Below are positions 44,811 through 57,432 of a stretch of DNA of 64,000 nt, piece by piece. Position 1 is the stretch's first letter, and the number at the start of each line of letters is the position of its first letter. The notes beneath the pieces were generated by a model, which did no database searches, was not told the origin of the DNA, and saw only the letters and a list, made by a program, of their open reading frames with translations. A program made the translations under genes and the position numbers. The stretch is from Amoebidium appalachense (Eukaryota > Protista > Ichthyosporea), in the NCBI GenBank assembly GCA_963693365.1, contig CAVNZM010000002.1, positions 17,765,615 through 17,829,614 on the forward strand, in the 5' to 3' direction.

Positions 44811-47031
44811 ATACACACACACGTACACACATGCAACGGTCAACTATTTCTAAGTTAGTAGTGTGGGCAAAGTTATCCTGCTAACCATGCAGTGTTCGTG
44901 TGCACATGTGTGTGGCGACGAAAGTATGTGTGTGTGGTGTGGGTTAGTGTATTTGCATGTTCTTGTCGTAAGCTAAAGTTCCCCCACATAGTGGAATGGG
45001 CTCACGTACGAGACCAACTCTCTCTCCGGCAACCAGGCTCTGTACAGGTATCGTGGGTGAAGGGGCACCAATCCAACACCAAACGGTACGGTCAACAGAA
45101 TAACGAGGCAGACAAGGCAGCCAATGCAGGAAGAGTCCTCCCCCCCTCCCCCCCCCCCCCTACCTCCGGCCCCAGGGGGGGGGAAATACTTCCTACGACT
45201 ACAAGGCCACCGTATCCCCGGCAACATTCCCGGAACACTGAACCGGTTGAACAAGGACTTCCTCACCGACATGGCCGGCAAGACCAAGGCTATGTCCATA
45301 CTAGCCGACCCCAGACTGCTCCCAGCCGAACGGAACCCCCTCAAGCTCAACAAGGGGCCCACACAGGCAACCATCGGGGCAGTCAGAGGAAACACTCGTA
45401 GCCTGTCCCTGGCCATGGGCACCCTGCCTACCATGGCACGGCTACATCGAGATCACCCCACCGTCGTTACACAGCCCACATGCCCCCGGTGCAGCCAGCA
45501 CCCTGAGACCACCACCCACCTCTGGGCCTGCCCGGCCCATGCCGGGGAAGTCCCCACCCTGACCACCGCCATCACAGCCTGCATCCACAACGTCCTGCAC
45601 ACTCGTCATCCAAACACCCCCACGGCACAGCACCACCATACGGCAGCCACGGTGGTAGACCAATGTGCATGGATAAACTGGATAGGAGGCAACGGTGACC
45701 CACCTGACCCCGAAGACACCAAGTGGGTCGAACGGGGATTCTGCCCGCGATCGGTGGGCCCACTACTTGCAGCCACCGGCACCACCAAGACCACCACCCG
45801 GGCCATCTTAGGAAAAATCACAGTAGAGTTGCAATCCTTTTTCTTTTCAAAAATTTGGCACCCACGGAACACAACACTCCCCCCCACCCACCCCAAATTG
45901 CAAAAACACCACCATATACCCACCACCCGTAGAAAGAACAGTATGGCTCTCCAAAAACCCAAAACACCAACAAATACACCCCCCACACACACCCGGCCGG
46001 CCTGTTCTGACTGCCGGAACACACACAGACCCGGTGTGCCCTGTAAAACCCACCTTTTAGTCCACAAAAACATCGCCACAACATACGTACAACAACACAT
46101 AATGTTAGGCAGCAACCCCCCACCACCACCACCACCACACCCCATCATCCACCCATACCCACCGTAAATATTATACACAACACCTAGGACCTCCCAATAC
46201 TGTAGATCGACCAATGAGAGCCCTCGGTTAACGTTTATTGCTAGGTTTTGAATGGAGGGGAGGACTGGAGCCTCCTGCCGGCGTGGCTGGGGTAGTAGCC
46301 CTGGGCAAAGTGTGTACTTATAGTTAGGTTGTGAAGGATGGTTTAGCTTAGCTGAACTCATAGATAGCACCTTAACTAGTGTACTGTCGGTGCTGTGTGG
46401 TAGACGGTAGTTTCCCTAGAGGGCCTGAAAAGGCCCTCCGGGAACAAAACGTGATAAAATAAAAAAAATAAAAAATATTTGCATGTTCTTGTCGGGTGCT
46501 TATCGCTGGTCAAAGTTTGTGCACCTCGTGTGCATGTGTGGTACATGCGTGCAGGTACGTGTTAATTGAATACGTGTGAAAGTGTGTGCTGTGTGTGTGC
46601 GCGCGGTGAGGTGACTAGAGACGTGTGTGAGAGGGGGGACGGGAAGGGGGGAGGGGAGGGGGGGGGAGACGGGGGGCCCCGGGCGAGGGGGAGGGGGGGG
46701 GGGGGTGATCTAGCCAATTACGACATACAGCCTGAGTTTCAGGTGATCAAGAGTGACTTCTATTAAGTTAGCCTCCATGTTTACGTTTTGGGAATGTATG
46801 TAAACCGCTGCTAAATATAAATCATAGTACTATATACGATCAGGTTACGTGATAGTCATAGTGGCAGCCTTTGGGGTGGGTGGGTGGTGGGTCCCCCCCC
46901 TCCTCCCCCTGCTAGCCGGAGGGGTGGTGGGTCCCCCCCCCCCTCCGGGCCACCTGTGCAAGGGGGTGGGTGGGTCCCGCCCCCCCCAAGCTAGCTACTA
47001 CCCCCCTCCCCGTTTCAAAATCAAGAATCCC
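43842..47031. mobile_element. Non-autonomous PIF/Harbinger-type DNA transposon containing a nested LINE
   Basis: Left end GGGATTTTTGAATTTGAAA; right end reverse complement GGGATTCTTGATTTTGAAA. TTA duplicated at 43839-43841 and 47032-47034. Subterminal ggtgggtcc(c)n repeats near both ends. No transposase ORF. Confidence 0.8.
44969..46475 (+). mobile_element. 5'-truncated non-LTR retrotransposon (RNase H C-terminus, CCHC zinc motifs, structured 3' UTR, A-rich tail)
   Basis: Perfect 19-bp TSD tatttgcatgttcttgtcg at 44950-44968 and 46476-46494, preceded by the tail aaaataaaaaaaataaaaaa. Encodes the RNase H motif VSWVKGH...NNEADKAA, then, after a frameshift in a C-run, CPRCSQHPETTTHLWACP and CSDCRNTHRPGVPC. 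Stop at 46167. Confidence 0.92.
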
Positions 47032-49157
47032 TTAGTAGTAGTACATAGCAGACACAGGTACAGACATGCACACTTGTACCACAGTCACAGTCATACTCAC
47101 ACCCGTGTGACATGCACACACACAGTCCCACACAGTCACGTGCCGAGACTACGGCGTGGCACAGACAGTGTCACGGCAGGCAGATGCATGCAATTACTGT
47201 CACGCACCGAAGTTCCCCAAGTCCGACCTGCGGTACTAGTCCACACCCACAAAAACGCACGCACTGCGGCAGGCGCACGCGCACAAGAAATCACACCGGG
47301 CTCCACACTTACAAAACACGAGACAACACGCACACACACACACACAGACACACACAGACACACACACACACACACACGCACACACACACACACACACGCG
47401 CACGCACGCACACACGCACACAAACACACACACACACGCACACACACACACACACGCACACGCACACACACACACACCACACAGTTTCACACACACACAC
47501 TCACACACAAATACCGTATACGTATGCAGGGCCTCTGTCACCGGTTCAAGCAATCAGTCACTGTGACCCTTCCCATTCACCCCTGGGGAAGGAGTCTTTA
47601 CCAGTCTCTGGAATAGACGGGTGTGAGAAGTTCCAACAAAGGAGTGTTATATCAGGGTTGTTTTGTTATGGCAGCATGGTTTATGTGTTTCCCTCCCTCT
47701 CGAGCTCTCTGTATGCGCCTCTCTCTGTGTGTGTGTGTGTGTGTGCGTGTGCATGTGTGTGCGCGTGCGTGTGTGTTTGTGCGCGCGTGTACAGTTGTGT
47801 GTGTGTGTGTGTGTACGCGCGTGCGTGCGTGCGTGCAGGCATATGAACACGGTCGAGCATGTGCACACGTGGTTGTGGTTGTGTGTGTGAAAGCTCAAGC
47901 AATTCGTGTGTGGTTTTAATGTTGGGCATGGTCATATGCCGTCACACCATGAGGTTTCTTAGTAGTATTAGACGGCCACCGGCATGCTGAACGGTGATGA
48001 CTTACTAAGCCGCCAGTAACAAAATTGCCGCAAGTGCTCAGTGCCCACCCTTAATTGCCCACCTGTAGAACTCTAAAGGCTCACCAACCCTTCCCTTTGC
48101 TTGCACATGCACGTGCAAACACGTAAGTAATGCACACACGTGCACAAACACACAATTGCAAATTTCACGTGCACATTCCGTGACGCACACCAAAAACGAA
48201 GCAGACCGTGTGAAATGCGCCAAAAAGAGCACACGTGCCGCGGCAACGCGTACTTAGGAGACACCAACAAAATCTGGCATACGAGCAGAGGCTCCCAGTC
48301 TGACCATTCGGACTTCCCAACAACGAGCGCACATGCATATGCAGCATGCGTAGGTCGCACAGTACGTGTAAATTCGAAGTCCACATATGCATCCATGCGT
48401 GTAGCCAGGGATTCCTGTACATTTACAAATCCGAGCGTATTGTCGAGCCTAAGAGGCGGTTTCCGGTGTTTGTCAGAAACGATCGGATGCTGAGGCTTTG
48501 ATGCCACCGGTACCAGTCATCAACAGCAAAGGGTGGAACATGTGTATTGCGCAGTCTGCTCGACAGAATTATTCCCGCCTTTTAACTGCATTTTGTATGC
48601 ATTGTGATAATGAAACACCTACACTATTGAGAATTCAAACAACATTAATGTACACTTACACAAAAAGGCAAGGCGGGGTGCACGTGAGAAGGGGCATGAT
48701 GTCAGCACCTCACTTATATATCACATGTACATGCGGAGACCCACGATAGGCTATTCCGTTACCTGGAAGGCGAATAGTGATTGGTGGATCTATTGAGATC
48801 TCACATGCATGATACCACAGAAGGTAAGACCTCGCCCCGCGGATCATAGTATGTAGCTTTGCAAACGCTATAATAGACAGAAATAATAATACAATTTTCA
48901 GCCATTTTATAGTAGCTGCATATTCTATATACATACTTGTGATGGATGTTTAGCTCATCAACCGACTTTGGAAGACACCGTATCACACAAGTACAACACT
49001 AATATTTAGCGTGTGTGAAGGCATTTTACGATTGGTGACAAGTCACTCATGGGAATCTACGATAACGCAACTACTGTTCAACTACAGTACTACGCAGGGG
49101 CCTGATCACTCACCACCTTCTCCCTCTTTCATCACTTCTCAGTTTGCTGCCGGCACC

Positions 49158-49664
49158 ATGAGGCTCTCTATTGTTGCGTTTGCTGCGGCCCAGGCCGCGC
49201 TGGCTGCCGCCAGCCCAAACTTCATTGACGAGGCAGTTGCACCTGTGCCCACGGACACATACACCACGCCCAAAGTAACTCCCCCAACCACTGGGACGCC
49301 AACCACACCCACACCCACCCACACAAACACACACACCACCACCGAATCCCTTGCTGCTGTGACTCCCACCAGCACCACCACCATCATAGGGCCCACAGCC
49401 ACAGCCACAAACACAGCCACGGGCACGACGGCACCGATTGTCAACGACAGTACAGGCAGCAACAGTGCGGTCATAGGCGGGTCGGTGGCTGCAGGGGTGG
49501 TGCTTGTGGGGGCACTGGCCGGCCTGGCCTACCACCAGGGCCTGATGGGGCCCAAAGCAGCAGCAAGTGTGGACGATGCATTTGCTGTGGGCGTGGCACA
49601 CAACAATCCGGCGTTCCAGGCCGCAGGCAGCGAATACTTTAACCCACTGCATGCCGCACCATAA
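49158..49664 (+). CDS. Intronless 168-aa type I membrane protein: signal peptide, Thr/Pro mucin-like stalk, Gly/Ala-rich TM, cytoplasmic NPAF-x8-NPLH tail
   Basis: Kozak-like gcaccATG. Signal MRLSIVAFAAAQAALAAA, T/P-rich region, TM AVIGGSVAAGVVLVGALAGLAY, tail ...AHNNPAFQAAGSEYFNPLHAAP*. Confidence 0.8.
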   Translation: MRLSIVAFAAAQAALAAASPNFIDEAVAPVPTDTYTTPKVTPPTTGTPTTPTPTHTNTHTTTESLAAVTPTSTTTIIGPTATATNTATGTTAPIVNDSTGSNSAVIGGSVAAGVVLVGALAGLAYHQGLMGPKAAASVDDAFAVGVAHNNPAFQAAGSEYFNPLHAAP

Positions 49665-51620
49665 TTAATTGCAGGCTACATACCTCGAAGGCTTCTCCTT
49701 ATAAGGCATGGTAAAATTGAGAGGTGTTCCGACAGCTGCTCTTGAGTTATGGGTGCGGTTTCGGATTCTGGAACTGCAGCACACATTTTTAAAATAGCGG
49801 AACAGTTTGCAGTGTGTGGTTGGGGTCTAAAAGAGAAGCGAGTATTCCTGTATATGCAAAGTGTTTTGCGATGTATGATAACATGTAGCCGGCCAGTAGG
49901 CCGTAGATGCAGCGAACATTTCAAAGTGTACATATATAACACCGTATGAATTTGTTCTGATTGAATATGGATACTTTTTTTTTTTTTTTTTTTTTTTTTT
50001 TGCCCCAATGGCCATAGGCCATATGAATCAGTTCGCTGCACGGGATTTATCCAAATTGAGTGTGCATTCACCAGGCATACATGCACCTTTGAGCTCAAAG
50101 AATGCCATCATGCACGTTGCTACTGCAGTGTTTGTGTGTGCAGACGTCTTGAAATACCGACATAGTACGTACATAAAAAGCCCTCACCGCTGGTGTCCGG
50201 ATCTCTGAGATTCATCCTCTTTCCGTGCACTCCAAAGGAGAACCCTTGTTCCCGAGTACGCATACTGAAATTTTTTCACTTATATATGCTCTCCCGGAGC
50301 CAGCCCCCCCCCCCCCCCCCCATTTCCCGATCGCGAGTCCGCGTTTCCCCTCCCTCGGCATTTGTCATGATGGTGACCGGGAGAGGAACAAGTGTCGGGA
50401 TGCTACAAGCAAGCTAGCTGTGGCACACGGGGTCACGTCCCGGTGTTACACGCATACACACGCTCGTGCACACACAAAGCACACACCGTACAGGCACAGA
50501 GGCACACACACACACGCAAAATTTCACAAACAGTGTCACAAACATGCACTCAAGCGCGCACGGGTGCGCATACACACACAACACGCAAACACACACGGCT
50601 ACTAGAAGACGACGTATAACTTGTGGTCCCCCCCCCCCCCCCCCCCCCCCTCCCCCCCCACTTTCCTCCCGGCCCCCTCTCCCACAACCCCCAAACACAC
50701 CCGCCCACCCACCCATCTCCCCCCCCCCCCCCCCCCCCTCCCCCCTTCCCCCCTCCCCCTCCACCCCCCCCTCCACCCCCCCCCCCTCCCCCCCCCCCCC
50801 CCCCCCCCGCAGCTTCCCCCTCCTCCCCCCCCCCCCCGGGAAAAAAATGATATCATGGTACACACACACACACGCACACACACACGCACAGTACACACAC
50901 GCACACACACACACGTGACACGCACACGCACTCGCACACGCAGACGCACACGCACACGTACATACGCACACGCACACCCACACCCATACACACGCACACA
51001 CACGCACACGCGCGCACGCGCACACGCGCGCACGCGCACACGCGCACACGCGCACACGCGCACACGCGCACACGCGGACACACACACACACACACACGCC
51101 TCGCATCGAAACTCCCAGAGTCTGAATCCAGCCCCGGCTCCCCCCCCCCCCCCCTCCAAGTGGCACCCCTTAAGCCCCCCCCCCCCCCCCCCCCCCCCCA
51201 CCACCACCACCACCGCCACCACCCAAAAAAAAAAACCTATACCGGTGCGGCGGGCCGGGGGGGGGCCGGCGGCTAAGTGCGTACGTGATCACGATCCAAT
51301 CTGTGCGCCGAGTGATCACTGATAAGAAAAGTTTGCCTAGATCCGTGAGTCAGATGACCAATGGGAGACATTTTGTAAACTTGGGTGATTGCCGATTATG
51401 TGTATTTTCCGTGCAAAATGCTGGGCAAGGGTTGGGATGGACCCCCCCAACATGTGGGCTCAAAATTCATTTTTTTTATATCCTCTAGTGCTCTATACAA
51501 ACCGTTTCCTTATTCGCCCTCTCTTGTTAATCCTCACACCCAAACCCAGAAAGCTCGAGATGTCGTATGATTGCTGACTGTTTCCCGTGCACACCCTTTC
51601 ATGCCCATGCATGCCCCCCC

Positions 51621-51652
<32 letters not shown>

Positions 51653-51894
51653 TTCCCGGGCCCGGGTCCCCCTTCCCCATCTGGTCCTACTTGTATCTCG
51701 TAGGCTTCAACTGCAATGTACCCGGTATAGTTTGCACAGTCATGCAGAGGGACAGACTGGTTTATTTCACGTACGTGGTTCAAACACCCACATCATACTG
51801 CACTCGGTCGCGGGCACACACAAACAGTGTGACAGATGATGTGTGTGCACCGTGCACGCCACGGTTATCCTAACCTGACCGAATTACATGTATT

Positions 51895-52235
51895 CATCGG
51901 CTGAGTCAACTTGCTTCGAGCTGCTAAAAAGCATACTTATTCTGCTAAAAGCAGATGTATTCAGCAAAAGGAGAATTGTTCTGCAAAGGTAGAATCGTCC
52001 TGCTAAAAGCAGAATTATCCTGCTAAAAGTAGATTTATTGAACTTCATGGTATTCTGACTAGAGCAAGTTTATTCTGCTGTCGAAAGTCGAATTATTCTG
52101 CTTTTTGCCGAATAATATCTTCTTTTTGCAATTGCAGAAGTGTTCTGCTTTTGCAGAATAAATCGGCTTTTGGCAAAATAATCCCGTTTTTTTGCAGAAT
52201 AAAAATTCTGCTTCTGCAAGTTGACTCTGCCGATG
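51895..52235. mobile_element. Fold-back / MITE-like element with 20-bp terminal inverted repeats and internal short repeats
   Basis: catcggctgagtcaacttgc matches the reverse complement of gcaagttgactctgccgatg at 19/20. Internal ttctgctaaaagcaga-like repeats occur in the left half and in inverted form in the right half. No clear TSD. Confidence 0.6.
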
Positions 52236-52458
52236 TGGTTGGGTCCTGGCTTGCCAAGGCCGTCTTGGTGTAATTCATCGGCCACGGTGTTAAATCTCAA
52301 GGCTAGCTTATATAAAAATAGTCATGGAATATCTGACTCAAAGTGTGCAACATAATCTCCTTTTCGTTCACGCGCAGCCTAGTAATATGTAGCCGGTGTT
52401 TACACCATGGAAAAATGCAGCCCCCCCCCCCCCCCCCCCCCCCCCCCCAACCAACCAA

Positions 52459-52529
<71 letters not shown>

Positions 52530-52559
52530 AATACACACACACGTGCACACACACACACA

Positions 52560-52649
<90 letters not shown>

Positions 52650-53183
52650 ACACCATTTCTTTTAGTATAGTAGAACAGGGCCGAGGTCTTTATTTCGGTA
52701 AGGGAATTGTGAGGGTGGAGGGCCATGGAGTGTCTGTCATCAACAAGAAACCAACATTACATGTGTGCAGGCGCACTTTGATTATGCCTGGAGCGATATC
52801 TTGTGCGGCATCTATTAATACCACCTGCCTGCATAGCTATTTGCTGATCTCAACCCCTGTGACAGCACACCGTTCCGTCACACGAGCATGCTTTCAACAC
52901 TATTGTAGACGTATTAACAGCCATTCGATATATTATAAACAGCACATCATCTCTAATTCGCAAGTCCCCTTAGCATACTGCCTTCAATCCGTGCCTAAAT
53001 GCCACCCCAACCCCCCCAATATTCGCCCAAACAGCTGGATGAGAGCTTCGGGAGGCACCGACCCTTTCCTACATCCACGATCTAGCCGTGCACAATGTGT
53101 TACACATGAGTGCGGGGTGGTTGATCACCCTGCTCCACGGCGCCATAATTGGTTATTATCTGCCCACCCTGATTGGCTGCTAG

Positions 53184-53552
53184 TCAGTCGGTCTTGACAT
53201 GGTGGGCATGCTTGACGGCCACGTGGTCCGTGTAGACGTTGAAGCCAAGGCCCACCAGCCCTGTGTGTGCATGTGAACATCTATTAGTAATAGCTTACCA
53301 TCGTGTATGTGAACATCAGTCAAAGTACACACACTATTAATGGCTGCGCTGCGGCTATACTTGGTTTCGTCTACCTGCAGGAAGAACTCGAGTGGTGTGA
53401 CTGTGTGGCTTTAAGACCCAAGTGAGACTTTTAGGGAGGAGGAGGGGGAGGGGGGGGGGGGGGGGGGGGGGGTTCCCCGTATCTTTGTGCCTGTGGGTGT
53501 CCGTGGGGGTGTCTGATGTGCATGCGCACGTGCACGGGTACGTGTTGCGTGT

Positions 53553-53591
<39 letters not shown>

Positions 53592-53792
53592 GGTGGTGGT
53601 GGTGGTGATAGAGGTGGGGGGGGGAGGGGGGGGGGAGGGGGAGAAGGGGAGATTGCATGTGAAGAAGGAAAGGGGGAATCAGCCCAAAGGGGAAGGCCAG
53701 CAATGGAGACGGAGAGAGAGACGGGGTTACAATGGGGGCCGTGGCCCCAACCCTCCCGAGTCATATAGGGGGAGGAGGGGCAGGGGGGGAAG

Positions 53793-53851
<59 letters not shown>

Positions 53852-54417
53852 GGGTGGGGGGGGGAGGGGAGGGGGGGTTGGGGGGGGGGTTGGTGGGCTT
53901 ACCAGCCACGGGCAGTAGCAGCCACTCCAACAATGTGTTGTTGCGTGGACAGATGCCATTGGACAGCACCCTAGCTAGCTCCATAAGTAGGTCACTGGTG
54001 ATGGCATAGTGGCCCAGTGACAGGCCTGACACGAGGATGTCGGCACACTGTGTGGCTGAAAGGAGAGACGCCTGGGGGGGAGGGGGGGGGGGGAGGGGGG
54101 GGGGAGGGGGGATGGGTGAGGGGAGGGAGAGGGAGGGAGGAAGGGGGGGAGGAAGGGAGGGGGTGGGAGGGAAGGGGACGAGGGGGGGAAACGGGGGTTA
54201 GAAGATCAAGGAGCGGACATGGGATGATGAGAGGTGGAGGGACAAAGAGAGCGAAAACGCATAGCCAAGGGGGCGTAAAATTGGAGGAGGAAGGGGGGAG
54301 AGGGGGAGGGGGGGGGGAGATGATGGAGAATGATTGTGCGATGTTGGTTGGGGGAAGGTAGCTACGGGCAAGTGCATGTGGGTAAGTGCGCAGGTGTGTG
54401 TGTGTGTGTATGTGTGT

Positions 54418-54474
<57 letters not shown>

Positions 54475-54609
54475 TGTTTATGTGTGTACGTGTGTGTGTG
54501 TGTGTGTATGTGTATGTGTGTGTATGTGTGTATGTGTGTATGTGTGTGGGTGGGTGTGTGTGTGTATGTGTGTACGTGTGTGTGTGTGTATGTGTATGTG
54601 TGTGTGTGT

Positions 54610-54680
<71 letters not shown>

Positions 54681-54759
54681 TGTATGTGTGTGTGTGTGTG
54701 TATGTGTGTGTGTGTGTATGTGTGTGCGTGCGCGCCTCTGAATGGGGGGTGGTGTGTAC

Positions 54760-54791
<32 letters not shown>

Positions 54792-55513
54792 GTATGTGTG
54801 TGTGTGTCTGCGTGCGCGCCTCTGAATGGGGGGTGGTGTGGATTCTGAACTAGGGCGAGGTGAAGGTTGGATTACGGCATTGGGAGCTCTGATAAAAGTC
54901 CTATGCTTCATTTCCTTCTTCTTTGTGTTTTATTATAAATATTGCCTTTTTGCTATTCTGTTTTATTTCATCTCAACTCCTTGCTCTGTTATTTTTTGTT
55001 GGCCTTTTATCTTTTTGCCCTTGTATTTTCTTGCATTCTTCCTTTCTCTTCTTTTCTTAATGTTATTTATTTATTCACATACAACAAAAAAAACCTCCCA
55101 CACACAGAATAAGGTCTAACCCCCCCCCCCCCCTCCCCCCGCGGAAAAAATCCCCCTTTTGATACATATACAGGATGAAAAAAGCTGCCGTCCCACCACC
55201 TTCCTTCCGCCAAACACCAACTCCCTAACTCCCCCATCCACCATGCGCCCTTATAGCCCTCTCTTGCCCCCCCCCCCCCCCCCCCAGCTCCCCCCCCCCT
55301 CCCCCTCCTTCCCCCCCACCCCAATCCCATGCACGGACACTCACCGCCCCCTCAATCTCCCGTGTGGCCTTTGGCTTTGTCTTCTCCTCCTCTGCAAACC
55401 CCTCAGTGTCGATGGACGATGGGAAGAAAATGTGTACATCCACACCGTGGGCTTTCATTTCCTGCCGTAGCACATCACACAGGCCACGTACGGCATACTT
55501 GGTGGCGCAGTAC

Positions 55514-55566
<53 letters not shown>

Positions 55567-55606
55567 GTGTGTTTGTGTGTGTTTGTGTGTGTGTGTGTGC
55601 GCGCGC

Positions 55607-55671
<65 letters not shown>

Positions 55672-55911
55672 CGTGTGTGGAAGGGCGGAGATGGGTAGGG
55701 ATGCAACACACTGTAAGTGTGGGAGACATAAAACAGAACGACATCAGCACCAAGAAAGGGGGGAGACCTACTAATGGATGGGGGTTAGTGGCGTATTGCC
55801 TATAGGAATGTAGAAAAGAAATTGCCAACAACCAAGTATGAAAAGAAGGGAACTGGGCAAAGTGTGTCTGCCTCGGTTCCGCCCCCCCCCCTCCCCCTCC
55901 CCCCCATTCCC

Positions 55912-55942
<31 letters not shown>

Positions 55943-56808
55943 AAGAAAAAAAAAAGAAAAAAAAAAAGAAACCAGCCACACACCTGTGAGTACCCCGTTA
56001 CGGCTGTGAGTGCTGCTGCGGAGGACACAAAGACCAGGCGGCCCTTGGAGGCAAGCAGGTGGGGCAGGGCGGCCTTTGTGGTGTACAGCGTGCCAAAGTA
56101 GTTGATGTCCATTTGCTGGGGGGTGAATAGGCTGAGCAGACATAGCAGATTGAGTGGTAAACAGCGTGCCAAAGTAGTTGATGTCAATTTGCTGGGGGGT
56201 CGTTATATACATAGATAGATATTAGGGGTGTACAGCGTGCCAAAGTAGTTGATGTCCATTTGGGGGGGGGAGGGGGGGGGGGTTTGAATGCGGAACACGG
56301 TACGAAGTACGCATACACGACGAGAAGCATGGTGCAGGACACATGCAAAGGCAAACATTCAAGTATGCAACATCAGTCATGTGCACAGTATGCGTCATAA
56401 GCAGAGCCCATCCTCAGGGAGGACCCAAGTCATCAATTGCGTCTGAGTTTCGACCCCTTAGCCCGCGTATATACGACACTCCAACTCAGACAGCAGCATC
56501 CACTGAACTTGGGCGGGTCAACCCGTCTTGATCAAAGACGAGCAGGGTTGCTTATGCAAGCAAGGTGAGCAAAACGGTGAAGATGTGTGTGCAAACTAAT
56601 GGGAGGGGGGGGGGGGGGGGGTGGAGCAGACGCAGGCACGAGAGATGATAGTCCTTGCTAGCACCCCCACCATCCGCCTGTTTCTGCCCTCAAGACACCA
56701 AGTGCACTGCTATTCCAACTAACCCCCCCCCCCAATACCCACACACTCGCCACACATAAACACGTGTGCAGGAGCACACACACAACACACACACACACAC
56801 ACACACAC

Positions 56809-56879
<71 letters not shown>

Positions 56880-57397
56880 ACGCACACGCACACGTGGGCA
56901 CACATACACAACAATCGACATGCATAAAAAAGCGCGCACACACAGCACTCAACACACTCAAGCGGCTGAGATTCTGCCAATCGTGTCTCTTTATCCCCCC
57001 AACCCGCACACCCCATCCGTCGATGTTTCATACAAAGGGATGATGTCTTCCCAAAGCCATGGTTCTGCCAACCCATCAGACATCAACTATGATCACCCCC
57101 CATTAGCACTCCTTCAATAAAAAACTGTTCTTATTTGAGTGCAGTGGTGCTGCATGGCGTTCCCCTGCCACTTTGGTCCCCCCACCCATCCCAGTTCCTC
57201 CACCACAGAGTATTCAAAAAGAGCCCCTGCCCACGCCAAGTTTTAGCCACGCACCTTTACCATTCCCTCCGACTTCGGGGGGAGGGGGGAGACGGGGGAG
57301 CCCCCCCCCCCCCCCTCCCCCCCCCTCCCATACACACCAAAAAAAAAAAAAAAAAAAAAAAAGGGTTTCCACGTGCCACAACCACACATAGCCCTCC

Positions 57398-57432
<35 letters not shown>

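Noticed and set aside
46421-46455. CTGAAAA...CAAAAC at the nested LINE 3' end as a degenerate hammerhead
   Set aside because: The core is mismatched, and a perfect GAAA-tetraloop hairpin explains the sequence better.
47958-48010. Hairpin cttagtag...ttactaag containing gtgatga and ctga as a C/D snoRNA or Helitron end
   Set aside because: The boxes are in the wrong order, there is no CTRR terminus, and it occurs only once.
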